Virus record (IMG/VR): IMGVR_UViG_3300036823_000129
Location: 1-57,456 of that record
Source: a virus
Lineage: Duplodnaviria > Caudoviricetes
Length of the DNA stretch: 57,456 nt
Direction: 5' to 3' (one strand)
Made by a program: the position numbers and the translations under genes. The notes beneath the pieces were generated by a model, which was not told the DNA's origin, ran no database searches, and worked only from the letters and a program-made list of their open reading frames with translations. Shown here one piece after another: positions 8,787-18,490 of this stretch (position 1 is its first letter; each line of letters starts with the position of its first letter).

Positions 8787-9620
8787 ATGGGCAGTAGCTC
8801 GCTGTTTGCGCCCCGTTGTGCCGGCTGCAATGTGCGGCCACCGTGGGAACATCGCTGCCACGGTCAGGGCTGCCCTTGCGAGGACTGTGAGGGCCGTTCG
8901 TGCGAATGCCCTGAGTGTCTGTCGGATCGCACGGTCGCGGCGCTCTTCGTCATCCCGAACGGCGTCTATAGCGGCCTGCTGGACGTCGAGTGCTGGGACG
9001 AGGCTCGCGATGCTCGGCTCTACGCCGGGCCTCATCCCGTCGTCGCTCATCCGCCCTGCGCTCGCTGGTCGCGCCTGGCCGGCTTCGTCGAGTACGTCCA
9101 CGGCTACAAACGCGGCGATGACGGCGGGTGCTTCGCGGCCGCCCTGGCATCTGTTCGGGCCTTCGGCGGGGTGCTCGAGCATCCCGCCTACTCGAAGGCG
9201 TGGGATCACTTCAACCTGCCCGAGCCGCTCGATCGCTTCGGCTGGACGGGAGGCCTTTGTGGCGGCTTCTCGGCCTACGTCGAGCAGGGCCGCTACGGCG
9301 AGTTGCCCGTGAAGAAGGCGACGTGGCTCTACGCTTACGGAGTCGAGCTCCCGGAGCTTCGCTGGGGGTATCTCTCGGATCGGGCCAGCGACGCTGCGAA
9401 CCAGAACGCGCACGGCGACATGGACGGGTGGCGCGACTCGTGGCGGCCGGCGCTCAAGCGCGGCTGGCGGATCAACGAGCACCGCGACGGCGAGGTCGCT
9501 GCGGTCTCGGCGGTCGACGGCCGGATGCGAGGGGCGAAGGCGAGCACGACGCCGGTCGAGTTTCGTGATGTGCTGCTCGCGATCGCCCGCACCGCGAAGG
9601 TCGTCGAGGTCGCAGCATGA
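8787..9620 (+). CDS. Divergent DNA cytosine methyltransferase-like protein
   Basis: VAALFV, RDARLYAGPHPVVAHPPC (PC motif), GVLEHP (ENP-like), KATWLY, TPVEF; Cys-rich N-terminus. Confidence 0.65.
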   Translation: MGSSSLFAPRCAGCNVRPPWEHRCHGQGCPCEDCEGRSCECPECLSDRTVAALFVIPNGVYSGLLDVECWDEARDARLYAGPHPVVAHPPCARWSRLAGFVEYVHGYKRGDDGGCFAAALASVRAFGGVLEHPAYSKAWDHFNLPEPLDRFGWTGGLCGGFSAYVEQGRYGELPVKKATWLYAYGVELPELRWGYLSDRASDAANQNAHGDMDGWRDSWRPALKRGWRINEHRDGEVAAVSAVDGRMRGAKASTTPVEFRDVLLAIARTAKVVEVAA

Positions 9621-9663
9621 ACCGGCCGCAAACCAAGCTTCGTAGCCCGAAAGGAAACCAGGC

Positions 9664-10719
9664 GTGAGCACCGTCGAAACGACCGACTTGACGCGGAACG
9701 CGTTCGTGGAGATGCTCGCCGAACTCGGAGGGCCCGACGCGCTCCGCTACCAGTTCATGGCATCCGGCGAATACCGAGCCCACCCGATCGGCCAACTCGC
9801 GGGCCGCTACCTCGACGCCCTCACGTTCGAAGAGTACAGCCAGAGCACCATCACGAACCGCACCCAGACGCTCTCGTGGCTCACGTTCGACCATCCGACG
9901 CTTGAGCCAGCAGACATCACGTACGAGTTGCTCGTCGAGTTCCTGATGACCCATTGGAAAGACGCCGCGCCGAACACGAAGGCTCAGCACGTATCGAGCC
10001 TCAAGAACTTCTTCGAGTGGGCCTACGAGCACGACCACATCCCCTCGAACCCCGCCAAGAAGCTCAAGCCGCCACGGAAGCCAGAGACCGAGCGCCGCTC
10101 ACACTCGCACGACATCATCAAACGGCTCGTGCTCGCGCAGCCGCAGCGCCGCGACCGCGTCGCGATCCTGACGATGTACTGGTGCGCGCTCCGACGCAAC
10201 GAGCTCCGCCAGGTGCAGTTCCGCCACATCGACCTTGGCCGGCGCGTCCTCACGGTGTTCGGGAAAGGCGGCCGGGTGAACGAGCAGAACATCCCGGAGC
10301 CGTTGGCGCTCGAGCTCGAGCGGCTCATCCTCGACCGTCAGGCCGACCCGGACGAGTTCCTCCTCTACCCGCAGAAGGTCGGCCGTCGCGGCGGCTGGCC
10401 CACCTACGCCCAGGACATCATCTGGGAGAACCGTTTCGCGCCGTTGACGCAGCCAGGGATAGACAAATGGTGGCAGCGCTGCCGGGCCCGCGCCGGGCTC
10501 GGAGAGGGCGACTCGAAGGTACTGATGCACGAGCTCCGCCACACCGCCGGCACGCACGCCCAGGAGGCCGGACACGACCTCCTCGCGACCCAGGAGCTTC
10601 TCCGCCACCGCTCGGCGGCGACGACCGAACGAACGTACATCCACATCGACCGCCGGCAGGCCGTCGCACGAGTGCAACGGCAGATGACCGACCCGATGGC
10701 CGACACGGAGAACGAATAA
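9664..10719 (+). CDS. int: Tyrosine integrase (full length, with N-terminal core-binding domain)
   Basis: ALRRNE, GKGG, HELRHT, LRH, TY catalytic residues; AAGGA RBS. Confidence 0.92.
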   Translation: MSTVETTDLTRNAFVEMLAELGGPDALRYQFMASGEYRAHPIGQLAGRYLDALTFEEYSQSTITNRTQTLSWLTFDHPTLEPADITYELLVEFLMTHWKDAAPNTKAQHVSSLKNFFEWAYEHDHIPSNPAKKLKPPRKPETERRSHSHDIIKRLVLAQPQRRDRVAILTMYWCALRRNELRQVQFRHIDLGRRVLTVFGKGGRVNEQNIPEPLALELERLILDRQADPDEFLLYPQKVGRRGGWPTYAQDIIWENRFAPLTQPGIDKWWQRCRARAGLGEGDSKVLMHELRHTAGTHAQEAGHDLLATQELLRHRSAATTERTYIHIDRRQAVARVQRQMTDPMADTENE

Positions 10720-10870
10720 ACCGTGTTTGGCTCCCCGACAGGGTTTGTCCCCCAGCATGGACGCACATTGGCGATAGCACGTACTTCGGAACGTGCCCGT
10801 GAGCAGGATTTTTCCGCTCATGGTTCGCTGAGATCGCGTCTCGGCTGGGATTGTGACACAGCCGAGGCCG
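10720..10870. promoter_or_regulatory. Candidate attP region with hairpin cluster
   Basis: Non-coding gap after int. The minus strand reads AAACCCTGTCGGGGAGCCA (resembles a tRNA 3' end). Three hairpins follow, including GCACGT-aCTTCGGa-ACGTGC. Confidence 0.45.
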
Positions 10871-10874
10871 ATTC

Positions 10875-11315
10875 TTGACCCCTCAGTCCCGGACACCATT
10901 CGAGGACACGAGCGTGCCCGTCGTGCGCTCGCAGGAGCAGATCCGGAAGCTTCTCCGCGATGCTGGCGCCGAGGGCGTCCAGTTCACCGAGGAGTGGGGG
11001 ATGCTCCCGGTCTTCCACGTTCGGTTCGTCTGGCCGCTCGGCGAGAACAAGCAGGCCGTCCGGTTGCAATGCTCACCGCTGCCTGAGGATCACGGCGGGA
11101 AGTGGAAGTCCGTTGAGCAGCGCGAAAGGCAGGCGTGGCGTGGGCTCGCGCACTACCTCGAAGGGACGATCAAGGCCGCCACGTTCGGGCTCGTGAAGTT
11201 CGAGGACATCTTCCTCAGCTTCATGGAGCTCGAGCCGATGGGCCGCACCCTCGGCGAGGTCGTCATCCCGCAGATCGCTTCCGGCCAACTGGCCCTGAAC
11301 GCGGGTGCTCCGTGA
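10875..11315 (+). CDS. Conserved phage hypothetical protein
   Basis: TSVPVVRSQEQIRKLL...RERQAWR..F pattern. Confidence 0.7.
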   Translation: MTPQSRTPFEDTSVPVVRSQEQIRKLLRDAGAEGVQFTEEWGMLPVFHVRFVWPLGENKQAVRLQCSPLPEDHGGKWKSVEQRERQAWRGLAHYLEGTIKAATFGLVKFEDIFLSFMELEPMGRTLGEVVIPQIASGQLALNAGAP

Positions 11316-11428
11316 GATAGCCCCGGCCGTATCCCCCGAAGCACCGCTGGGCGCCAGCCGAGCGATGCCGAGCCGCACCACGGGCTCGAGGCCCTGTCAT
11401 CAACGGAAGGAACGGAGCTCTGACCCGG

Positions 11429-11926
11429 ATGTTGACCGCGATCGTCATCCTCACTGTCCTCTCGCTCGCGTCGATCGCGAGCTCTTCGGCGCATCCGCGC
11501 CGCGGCCACCACCGCGGCCCGCACCACTCACCGAGGTTCCTGATCGTGCAGCGGCTCCAGGCCGGCCTCGCCGGCACACCGCTCGAGCCGTACTCCTACG
11601 CGATCGAGAAAGCCGGCCACCAATGGAACGTGTCGCCGTTCCTGATCGCAGCTATCAGCGGCGACGAATCAACGTTCGGCGAGTACGCCTGTCAGGGCAA
11701 CGCATGGGGAATTGCATCGTGCGGAATCACGTTCCCGGACTTCGCCACCGGAGCGATGTACGAGGCCCACTTGCTCCGCACCGGGTACCTGAGCCACGGC
11801 GCCCGGTCCGTCTGGGACATCGCCCGGAGCTACTGCCCGAACTGCTCGGAGTGGCCCGGGAACGTCGCCGGGTTCCTGCAGCGGTTCGACGCGTCCCTGT
11901 ACCAGCTCACCTACCCAACCACCTGA
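11429..11926 (+). CDS. Secreted lysozyme-like (glucosaminidase-type) protein
   Basis: Signal peptide; LIAAISGDESTFG, NAWG, IARSYCP. Confidence 0.75.
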   Translation: MLTAIVILTVLSLASIASSSAHPRRGHHRGPHHSPRFLIVQRLQAGLAGTPLEPYSYAIEKAGHQWNVSPFLIAAISGDESTFGEYACQGNAWGIASCGITFPDFATGAMYEAHLLRTGYLSHGARSVWDIARSYCPNCSEWPGNVAGFLQRFDASLYQLTYPTT

Positions 11927-11936
11927 GAGGAGATCC

Positions 11937-12470
11937 GTGAAGATCGACCTGAAGCGCTTCAAGATCGAGAAGGCAGCCCGCAAGGACGGACACCTTCCCA
12001 CGCTGAACGGCGTTTATTTCGATCCCGAGGACGCGGTGCTCGTCGCCGGCGATGGCTACGGGCTCGCCGTCGTTCCGATCCGCGAGGTCGGACTCGACGA
12101 CGACGCCGGCATGATCCCCGCCGAAGCGATCCAGCTCGCCCGCGCCAGCCAGGGAAAGAGCCCCGATGCGGAGCTGTCCGCGAACGGGAACGTGACGGTC
12201 GGCCTCCGCGGGAAGCCGGTCGAGTTCGCCCGGGAGTCCTCCGAAGGGTTCCCCGACTGGAGCGAGCAGATGAAGACGAGCGGGCGCCCGGTCGCGACAT
12301 TCATCCTGAGCCCGAAGACGCTGCAGAACGTCGCTGACGCGCTCGGGTCAGGACTCGTGAAGCTCGAGCTGCACTCCGGGGGGAAGGCAAAGGTGTCGCC
12401 GGTCTATTGGGACGACGAGTACCCGATGCCGCGCGGCGTGATCATGACGCAGACGGTCGAAGCCGCATGA
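11937..12470 (+). CDS. Truncated beta-sliding-clamp-like protein
   Basis: LNGVYFD...LVAGDGYGLAV and FPDW resemble the DnaN central domain; only 177 aa. Confidence 0.6.
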   Translation: MKIDLKRFKIEKAARKDGHLPTLNGVYFDPEDAVLVAGDGYGLAVVPIREVGLDDDAGMIPAEAIQLARASQGKSPDAELSANGNVTVGLRGKPVEFARESSEGFPDWSEQMKTSGRPVATFILSPKTLQNVADALGSGLVKLELHSGGKAKVSPVYWDDEYPMPRGVIMTQTVEAA

Positions 12471-13009
12471 GCGAGGTGGCCGCGATCGTCGAAGAGTGGC
12501 GAGCCGTCGTCGGCTTCGAAGGTCTCTACGAGGTCAGTTCGCTCGGGCTCGTCCGTCGCGTCGGGAACGCCGCCAAGTCCGGGAACGGACGTGGAGGTGG
12601 CGCGCGCCTCGGGCGGGTACTCGCGTTGACCCCACACAACGGCGGCTACGTCCACGTCCAGCTCTGGAAGGACGGCACTCCGACGACACGTCTTGTCCAT
12701 CTGGTCGTTGCGGCGGCCTTCCTCGGTCCGTGCCCTGACGGCCTAGAGGTTAACCACGAGGACGGTGACAAAAGCAACTGCGCCGTCACGAACCTCGAAT
12801 ACCTCACGCGTCCCGAGAACCTTCGCCATGCCTACCGGACGGGCCTGCGGAAGGTCAGCATCGAGCAAGCAGTCCGGGCGCGCCGAAAGCCTCGCGTTCT
12901 TATCGCATGCGCCTGCGGCTGCGGCACTCAGATCGAAACGCTCGACCGCAAGGGACGCGATCGGAAGTTCGTCAGCGGCCACAACACCAGAAAGGAGGTG
13001 CTCGTTTGA
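12467..13009 (+). CDS. NUMOD4-HNH homing endonuclease
   Basis: EEWRAVVGFEGLYEVSSLGLVR, VHLVVA.AF, VNHEDGDKSN...NLEY...EN. Confidence 0.9.
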   Translation: MSEVAAIVEEWRAVVGFEGLYEVSSLGLVRRVGNAAKSGNGRGGGARLGRVLALTPHNGGYVHVQLWKDGTPTTRLVHLVVAAAFLGPCPDGLEVNHEDGDKSNCAVTNLEYLTRPENLRHAYRTGLRKVSIEQAVRARRKPRVLIACACGCGTQIETLDRKGRDRKFVSGHNTRKEVLV

Positions 13010-13407
13010 GCGAGCACGCCGAATATGAAGGCTGGGCGATATTGGAATTGCTTGGGCATCGCAGGCTCGCCGGGTATGTGACCGTGGTCGAGCTCGCCGG
13101 GCAGCCGATGTTCCGCCTCGACGTGCCCGGTCAGGTCTATGCGGGCGAGGAGACGGGGCAGGCGACTCAGTTCGTCGGGCCTGGGTCGCTCTACGCGTTG
13201 ACGCCGACGACGGAGGAGATGGCGCGGGCGGTCGCGGCGAGGAATCGCCCGGCGCCGGTCCACGCGTGGGAGCTGCCGAGGCCCGCGCTGCCGCCGGCGC
13301 CCGAGCCCGCTGGGATCGATGCTCCTGGTGATCTCGGCGGTCTTGACGACACGGTCTACGCCGAGCCCGACCACGCCGAGCTCGACCCGGAAGCGATCCC
13401 GTTCTGA
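13006..13407 (+). CDS. Conserved phage protein with an acidic IPF tail
   Basis: WAILELLGHRRLAG...RLDVP...SLYALTPTTEE; AGGAGG RBS. Confidence 0.75.
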   Translation: MSEHAEYEGWAILELLGHRRLAGYVTVVELAGQPMFRLDVPGQVYAGEETGQATQFVGPGSLYALTPTTEEMARAVAARNRPAPVHAWELPRPALPPAPEPAGIDAPGDLGGLDDTVYAEPDHAELDPEAIPF

Positions 13408-13757
13408 TGCGTCGCGGCCCGCTGCTCCCCGCGAACTTCACCCATGACGACCTGATCGCGGCCGGGCTCACCGAAGGCGACTGCGACGAGGTGCTCGCGT
13501 TCCGTGAGTTCCTCCACGTCGCCGGGCCCGTGCCCTCGAAAGACGAACGCGACGCCGGCGCGACCGTCGCTGTGCCGGAGCCGTGGTACTCCTACGCGCT
13601 CGGCACGCTCACCGGCAGACAGGCGCTCGAGGCGGCCGCGCACGCCGAAGACGACGGGCCCGCCTGTGTGTCGTGCGGCTGCACCGAGAACCGCGCCTGC
13701 GAGGGCGGCTGCAGCTGGGTCTCGCTGAACCCCCCGATCTGCTCGGCGTGCCTATGA
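13407..13757 (+). CDS. Hypothetical protein with a Cys-rich C-terminus
   Basis: CVSCGCTENRACEGGCSWV...CSAC. Confidence 0.65.
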   Translation: MRRGPLLPANFTHDDLIAAGLTEGDCDEVLAFREFLHVAGPVPSKDERDAGATVAVPEPWYSYALGTLTGRQALEAAAHAEDDGPACVSCGCTENRACEGGCSWVSLNPPICSACL

Positions 13758-14239
13758 ACACACCGATGAAAGCCCTCTCGCTCACGCAGCCATGGGCGAG
13801 CCTGGTGGCGGCCGGGGCGAAGCGGTTCGAGACACGCTCGTGGTCGACCGGCTACACGGGTCCGCTCGCGATCCACGCCGCGAAGGGGCTCTCCTCGATC
13901 GGCGGGAAACGCGGCCTCCTCGAGGTGTGCGACCTGCCGTTCTTCCGGCAGACGCTCGCGCTCACCGGCACCGTCGCGGCGGATCTGCCGCTCGGGCAGA
14001 TCGTCGCCGTGTGCACGCTCGCGCAGAGCGCGAAGACCGAAGACGTACGCGCCTACCTCGAAGGCGTCGACGAACCGGCCGAGATCGCGTTCGGCGACTA
14101 CAGCCCGGGCCGTTACGCGTTCGAGCTCGTCGACGTGCAGGCAGTCGCACCGATCGCCGCCGTGGGGGCGCTCGGGCTCTGGGACGTTCCGCGGGAGGTC
14201 GAGGCGCTCATCGGCCGGATGGTCGGGGCGGCGGCCTGA
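13754..14239 (+). CDS. ASCH domain protein
   Basis: MKALSLTQPWASLV..G.K.FETRSW...GPLAIHAAK...GALGLW. Confidence 0.9.
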   Translation: MNTPMKALSLTQPWASLVAAGAKRFETRSWSTGYTGPLAIHAAKGLSSIGGKRGLLEVCDLPFFRQTLALTGTVAADLPLGQIVAVCTLAQSAKTEDVRAYLEGVDEPAEIAFGDYSPGRYAFELVDVQAVAPIAAVGALGLWDVPREVEALIGRMVGAAA

Positions 14240-14430
14240 TGCCGTACGTCCCGAGATCGAAACAGCAGGTGATGAAGGGCCGAGACAACCGCCACCACGG
14301 CCAGGTGTTCGGTGAGGTCACGTTGAGGTGTGGCCACCAGGCGCATGGCGAGCCGCGGCTCTCGAATCCGGACAAGTGGTTCTGCGGGGAGTGCCGGTCG
14401 TACGAGCTCGCACGGAAGAGGGCCGCGTGA
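14239..14430 (+). CDS. Small zinc-ribbon protein
   Basis: LRCGH...FCGEC; coupled on both sides. Confidence 0.55.
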   Translation: MPYVPRSKQQVMKGRDNRHHGQVFGEVTLRCGHQAHGEPRLSNPDKWFCGECRSYELARKRAA

Positions 14431-16463
14431 CGGCCACGTTCGCCGAGGACACCCAGCTCGCGATCAAGCAGCTGCAGCGCTCATGCCCGGCGTGCGCAGG
14501 CCTGGGGGTCCTCGAGGCGACCGACATCTTCTGCGGCGCCGGCGGGTCGTCGCTCGGACTCGAGAACGTTCGCTGTCACGCCTGCGGCCGCTCGCTGATC
14601 GTCGTAACGCAGGCGCTGAACCACTGGGACCTCGCCGTCGAGGCGCACAACTACAACTTCCCGTTCGCCGACCACGACGTCCACGACGTCCAGGGCATCC
14701 ACCCGAAACGGTTCCGGAGAACACCGCTGCTCTGGGCGTCCCCTGGCTGCGGTTACCACGCGTTCTGCCGTGGGCCCAAGGAATCGACGGAGGAGGCGCT
14801 CCGCTCGCGCGCGACCTTCAACGACATCATCCGCTGGACGGAATACCACCGCTACGACGCCGTGATCGTCGAGAACGTGATCGAGGCGCGGCTCTGGTGC
14901 GACGACGCTACCCACGGCGAGAAGTGCAACTGCGGCTCGCATTTCGACTGGTGGCGCGCCCAGATGGAGCTTCTCGGTTACGAGAGCCAGATCGTCTTCT
15001 TCAACTCGCAGTTCGCGCTCCCGACGCCGCAGTCACGCGACCGGATGTACGTCGTGTTCTGGCGCAACGGGATCCGCGCGCCCCTGCTCGACTTCGCGCC
15101 GATCTCGTGGTGCTCGACGTGCGAGACGGTTGTCCGTGGCCGCCAGGTGTGGAAGCAGGCGGGGAAGCGGACAGTGCGGGCGCAGCCTGGGAAGTTCGAG
15201 TGGGGCCGCTACGGCGCGCAGTACCTCTACCGCTGCCCCGAGTGCGCCGACCCGGTCGCGCCGGCGGTCACGGGCGCCCGCACGATCCTCGACTTCGATC
15301 TGCCGGCGGAAAGGATCGGCGACCGGAAGAAGCCGCTGAAGCCGAACACCTACGAGCGGATCCGTGGCGGCCTCATCGACCTCGGCGCGCTCAAGCCGAT
15401 CGTGGTTCAGGTCGGCGGTCATCTCTACGAGCGCCGCCGCGGAGTGCGGGTGTGGAGCGTCGAGGCTCCACTGAAGACCGTTCACGGCACGAGCGACAAA
15501 GCGGTGGTGTTCCGGTACGGCGGTCAGTCGCCAGCGCCCCGCGCAGTCGGCGAGCCGATGAACACGATTACCGCCCATGACCGGCAGATCGGGCTTTGCG
15601 TTCCTGCCGGCGGGCAGCGCGCCGACGCGAAGTCGCTCGGCGAACCGACTCACACGGTGATCGGGAACGACCGGCTCGGCGTCGTGATCCAGAACATGGC
15701 GAACAACGGCGCGCGGCCGCTCGAGCAGCCCACGCCCCCAGTAACCACGGGCGGCAACCACATGCTCGTGCTGCAGAAGTCGAGCAACGGCATCGGCCGC
15801 ACCGAAGGCGAGCCCGTCCCGGCCATCACCGCGTCGAGCGGCGAGCACATGCTCGTCCAGGTCAACCGCGGATCGAAGGGCAAGTCGCGCGACCGGAACG
15901 TCCAGGTGCTCGGCGAACCGACCCGCACGATCGCCGGGCATGGCGAGCTCGCGCTCGTCTCGCTCCGCAACCACGGATCGGCTCGGCCGCTCGACGAACC
16001 CGCGCACACACTCGCCGCGAGCGGCCAGCATCACGGCCTCCTTGTCTACAACGGCTCGCCCGGGTTCGTGCGGTCCCTCGACGACGCCGCGGGCACGGTC
16101 ACCGGCCGCGACAAGCAGAGCCTCCTCGTGCCCTACTACACGAACGGGCGCGCCCGTGGCGTCGACGAGCCGATGGGCGCCATCACGACCCGCGACCGGG
16201 AGGCGCTCGTCGTCACCGACGCCGACATCAACGAGTGCCTGTTCCGGATGCTGCAGTGGCCCGAGCTCCTCCGTGCGCAGCAGATGCACATGCACGGCGA
16301 CGGGCGCGAGTACGAACTGACCGCGAAACGGCGCGGGCCAACCGGCCGGATGCGGGAGCTCTCGAACGAGCAACGCGTGAAGATGATCGGCAACGCGGTC
16401 TCGTCACCGGTCGCGACGATGCTCGGCGCCGCTCTCGTCGACGTTCTGGCGAGGGCCGCATGA
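14427..16463 (+). CDS. C5 cytosine DNA methyltransferase with a long repetitive target-recognition region
   Basis: DIFCGAGGSS, WASPGC, VENV, PQSRDR, IGNAV; about nine EP.xT-like repeats. Confidence 0.92.
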   Translation: MTATFAEDTQLAIKQLQRSCPACAGLGVLEATDIFCGAGGSSLGLENVRCHACGRSLIVVTQALNHWDLAVEAHNYNFPFADHDVHDVQGIHPKRFRRTPLLWASPGCGYHAFCRGPKESTEEALRSRATFNDIIRWTEYHRYDAVIVENVIEARLWCDDATHGEKCNCGSHFDWWRAQMELLGYESQIVFFNSQFALPTPQSRDRMYVVFWRNGIRAPLLDFAPISWCSTCETVVRGRQVWKQAGKRTVRAQPGKFEWGRYGAQYLYRCPECADPVAPAVTGARTILDFDLPAERIGDRKKPLKPNTYERIRGGLIDLGALKPIVVQVGGHLYERRRGVRVWSVEAPLKTVHGTSDKAVVFRYGGQSPAPRAVGEPMNTITAHDRQIGLCVPAGGQRADAKSLGEPTHTVIGNDRLGVVIQNMANNGARPLEQPTPPVTTGGNHMLVLQKSSNGIGRTEGEPVPAITASSGEHMLVQVNRGSKGKSRDRNVQVLGEPTRTIAGHGELALVSLRNHGSARPLDEPAHTLAASGQHHGLLVYNGSPGFVRSLDDAAGTVTGRDKQSLLVPYYTNGRARGVDEPMGAITTRDREALVVTDADINECLFRMLQWPELLRAQQMHMHGDGREYELTAKRRGPTGRMRELSNEQRVKMIGNAVSSPVATMLGAALVDVLARAA

Positions 16464-16816
16464 TCTGGCCCTTCAAGAAGCAGCACGCGCCCGCCGCCCC
16501 GGAACCGCAGGTCGAGGAGCAGACGACCGACCCGCCCAATCCCCGGCAGCAGCTCGACGCGATCGCGACAGGCATCGTCCACATGCTCAACCCGCACGCG
16601 TTCCGCGTCACGCACGGCGCCCCAGAGGGGCCGCTCACCCAGCCGAACGCCCGCACCGCAGTCGAACGCGAAGCGAACTGCACGAGCCAGCCATGGGAGT
16701 GGGCGAGCCACGTCTACCTCACCGCCCACGGTGAGCTCCGGTGGCGCTGCTGCGCGAACCTCTTCACCGACGACCACTCGCCGTACTGCGGAATGCCCGA
16801 GGGGAAGCAGCTGTGA
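16460..16816 (+). CDS. Hypothetical protein
   Basis: MIWPFKK start with ATGA overlap. Confidence 0.55.
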   Translation: MIWPFKKQHAPAAPEPQVEEQTTDPPNPRQQLDAIATGIVHMLNPHAFRVTHGAPEGPLTQPNARTAVEREANCTSQPWEWASHVYLTAHGELRWRCCANLFTDDHSPYCGMPEGKQL

Positions 16817-17292
16817 TCTGGCGCTCGACGATCGAGACCGACATCGTCGCGAACGAGCTCGCCGACCGGCACTACAGCCGCCAGACCCCCGGGTGCGGAC
16901 AGGTCGGGCCGCCCGGCTCGAGGATCGTCCTCGTCAGCATCTGCGGTCGCGCGCTGTGGATCAGCCAGTACACCCGCTATCCGGACGACGGCCTCGACGC
17001 CTACCGCTGCTCCATCTTCCGGAACGAAGGCGCGGGGCTCTCCTCGACGCTGATCGCCGCGGCGATGGAGGTCACCGAGGAGAACTGGGGGCCAGCGCCT
17101 GACGGGTGGGTGACCTGGGTCGACGTTCGGCGGATCCGGTCAACGAACCCGGGCTATTGCTTCCTCGCGGCTGGCTGGAGCCGCGACGACGGGTGGTCGC
17201 CCGCGCGGGGGCGCCGCGGCCGCGTTCGGCTTCGCGCCGTTGCGAAACGGGGGGGGGCTTCAGCAGAAGCAGCTTGCCCTTGGAGCCGCGGC
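16813..17292 (+). CDS. Mom/GNAT-like putative DNA-modification domain, in frame with dam as sequenced
   Basis: LADRHYSR, PPG, CSIFRNEG..LSS.LI, NPGYCF.AAGW. The family link is inference. Confidence 0.55.
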
Positions 17293-18285
17293 ATGAAAGC
17301 GACATCGACCTCGCGCAGCCCGATCCCATGGTTCGGCGGGAAACAGAAGCTCGCCGACCAGATCATCGCGCTCTTCCCCGCCCACGACAGCTATGTCGAG
17401 GTGTTCGGCGGAGGCGCAAGCGTTTTGCTCTCGAAGCCGCCGGCGACACTCGAGATCTACAACGACCTCGACGACGGCCTCGTCACGTTCTTCCGGGCGC
17501 TCCGCGACCAGCCAGACGAGCTCGTCCCGATGCTCGAGCTCAGCCCCTACTCGAGGTCCGAGTGGCAGCGGTGCCGGGAGACGTGGCGGGAGGAGGGGAT
17601 CACGGACGTCGAGCGCGCGCGGCGGTGGTTCGTCGTCGCCACGCAGAGCTTCGGCGCGATGACCGCCCGCGGCCGCGAAGGCTGGGACGAATCCGGCGTT
17701 CGGATCCCCGAGCCCGCATGGCGCCGCGAGCTCCGTGCCGGCGGCGGCCCCGCAGGATGGAAAGACGACCGGGGCCCGAACGGCGAGCGCCACCACGGCC
17801 GCGGCTGGGGCGGGGAACGGCTCGGCCGTATGTACCTCTCGAGGGCCGCGTCGAACGCGAACCGGATCGACCACATCTGGCGGTTCGTCGAGCGGCTCCG
17901 CGTCGTCCAGATCGAGAATCTCGACTGGCGCGCCTGCCTCGAACGGTACGACCACGCGGACGCGGTCTTCTACCTCGACCCGCCCTACGTCCCCGCGACG
18001 CGACGCGCGGGCGGCTACGAGCACGAGCTCGGCCCCGAAGACCACGAGGAGCTCGTCGAACGCGTCCTCGCGTTGACGGGTGTCGTTGTGATCTCCGGCT
18101 ACGACCACGAGCTGTACGCGCCGCTCGTCGACGTCGGCGGGTTCACCCGGCACGAGTACGGGGTGTGGTCGAGCGCCGGTCGGAAGCAGAGCGGCGACAA
18201 GCGCGACCGTCGCGTCGAGGTCGTATGGGCATCCCCGCACGCTGCGATGCCGACGCTCTTCACGGCCGCGGCGGGTGTCGCGTGA
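17293..18285 (+). CDS. dam: Dam-family N6-adenine DNA methyltransferase
   Basis: WFGGK, YVEVFGGGASV, YND, FYLDPPY, ISGY; has its own GGAG RBS. Confidence 0.92.
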   Translation: MKATSTSRSPIPWFGGKQKLADQIIALFPAHDSYVEVFGGGASVLLSKPPATLEIYNDLDDGLVTFFRALRDQPDELVPMLELSPYSRSEWQRCRETWREEGITDVERARRWFVVATQSFGAMTARGREGWDESGVRIPEPAWRRELRAGGGPAGWKDDRGPNGERHHGRGWGGERLGRMYLSRAASNANRIDHIWRFVERLRVVQIENLDWRACLERYDHADAVFYLDPPYVPATRRAGGYEHELGPEDHEELVERVLALTGVVVISGYDHELYAPLVDVGGFTRHEYGVWSSAGRKQSGDKRDRRVEVVWASPHAAMPTLFTAAAGVA

Positions 18286-18290
18286 CGACG

Positions 18291-18473
18291 CTACGCGGGC
18301 TTCACGACGAGGCACCCATCGACGTCGTCGCCGTCCTCCGCGACCGTCACCGCGACCACAACGAGGCTGCTGTGGCCCTGGTGGATCCGGTCTCCGGGCG
18401 TCCACGTCGGCGTCGCAGCCCGGAACGTCCCGAGATCCTCACCCGTCTCGCTGAGCAATCGGAACGTCGGCAC
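18291..18473 (-). CDS. 60-aa antisense-inserted small protein
   Basis: Protein-like FRL....GEDLGTF......W.PGD.I; TAGCCT -10 box 8 nt upstream (leaderless). Confidence 0.6.
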   Translation of the reverse strand: MPTFRLLSETGEDLGTFRAATPTWTPGDRIHQGHSSLVVVAVTVAEDGDDVDGCLVVKPA

Positions 18474-18490
18474 GACGCGGGAGGCTACCG

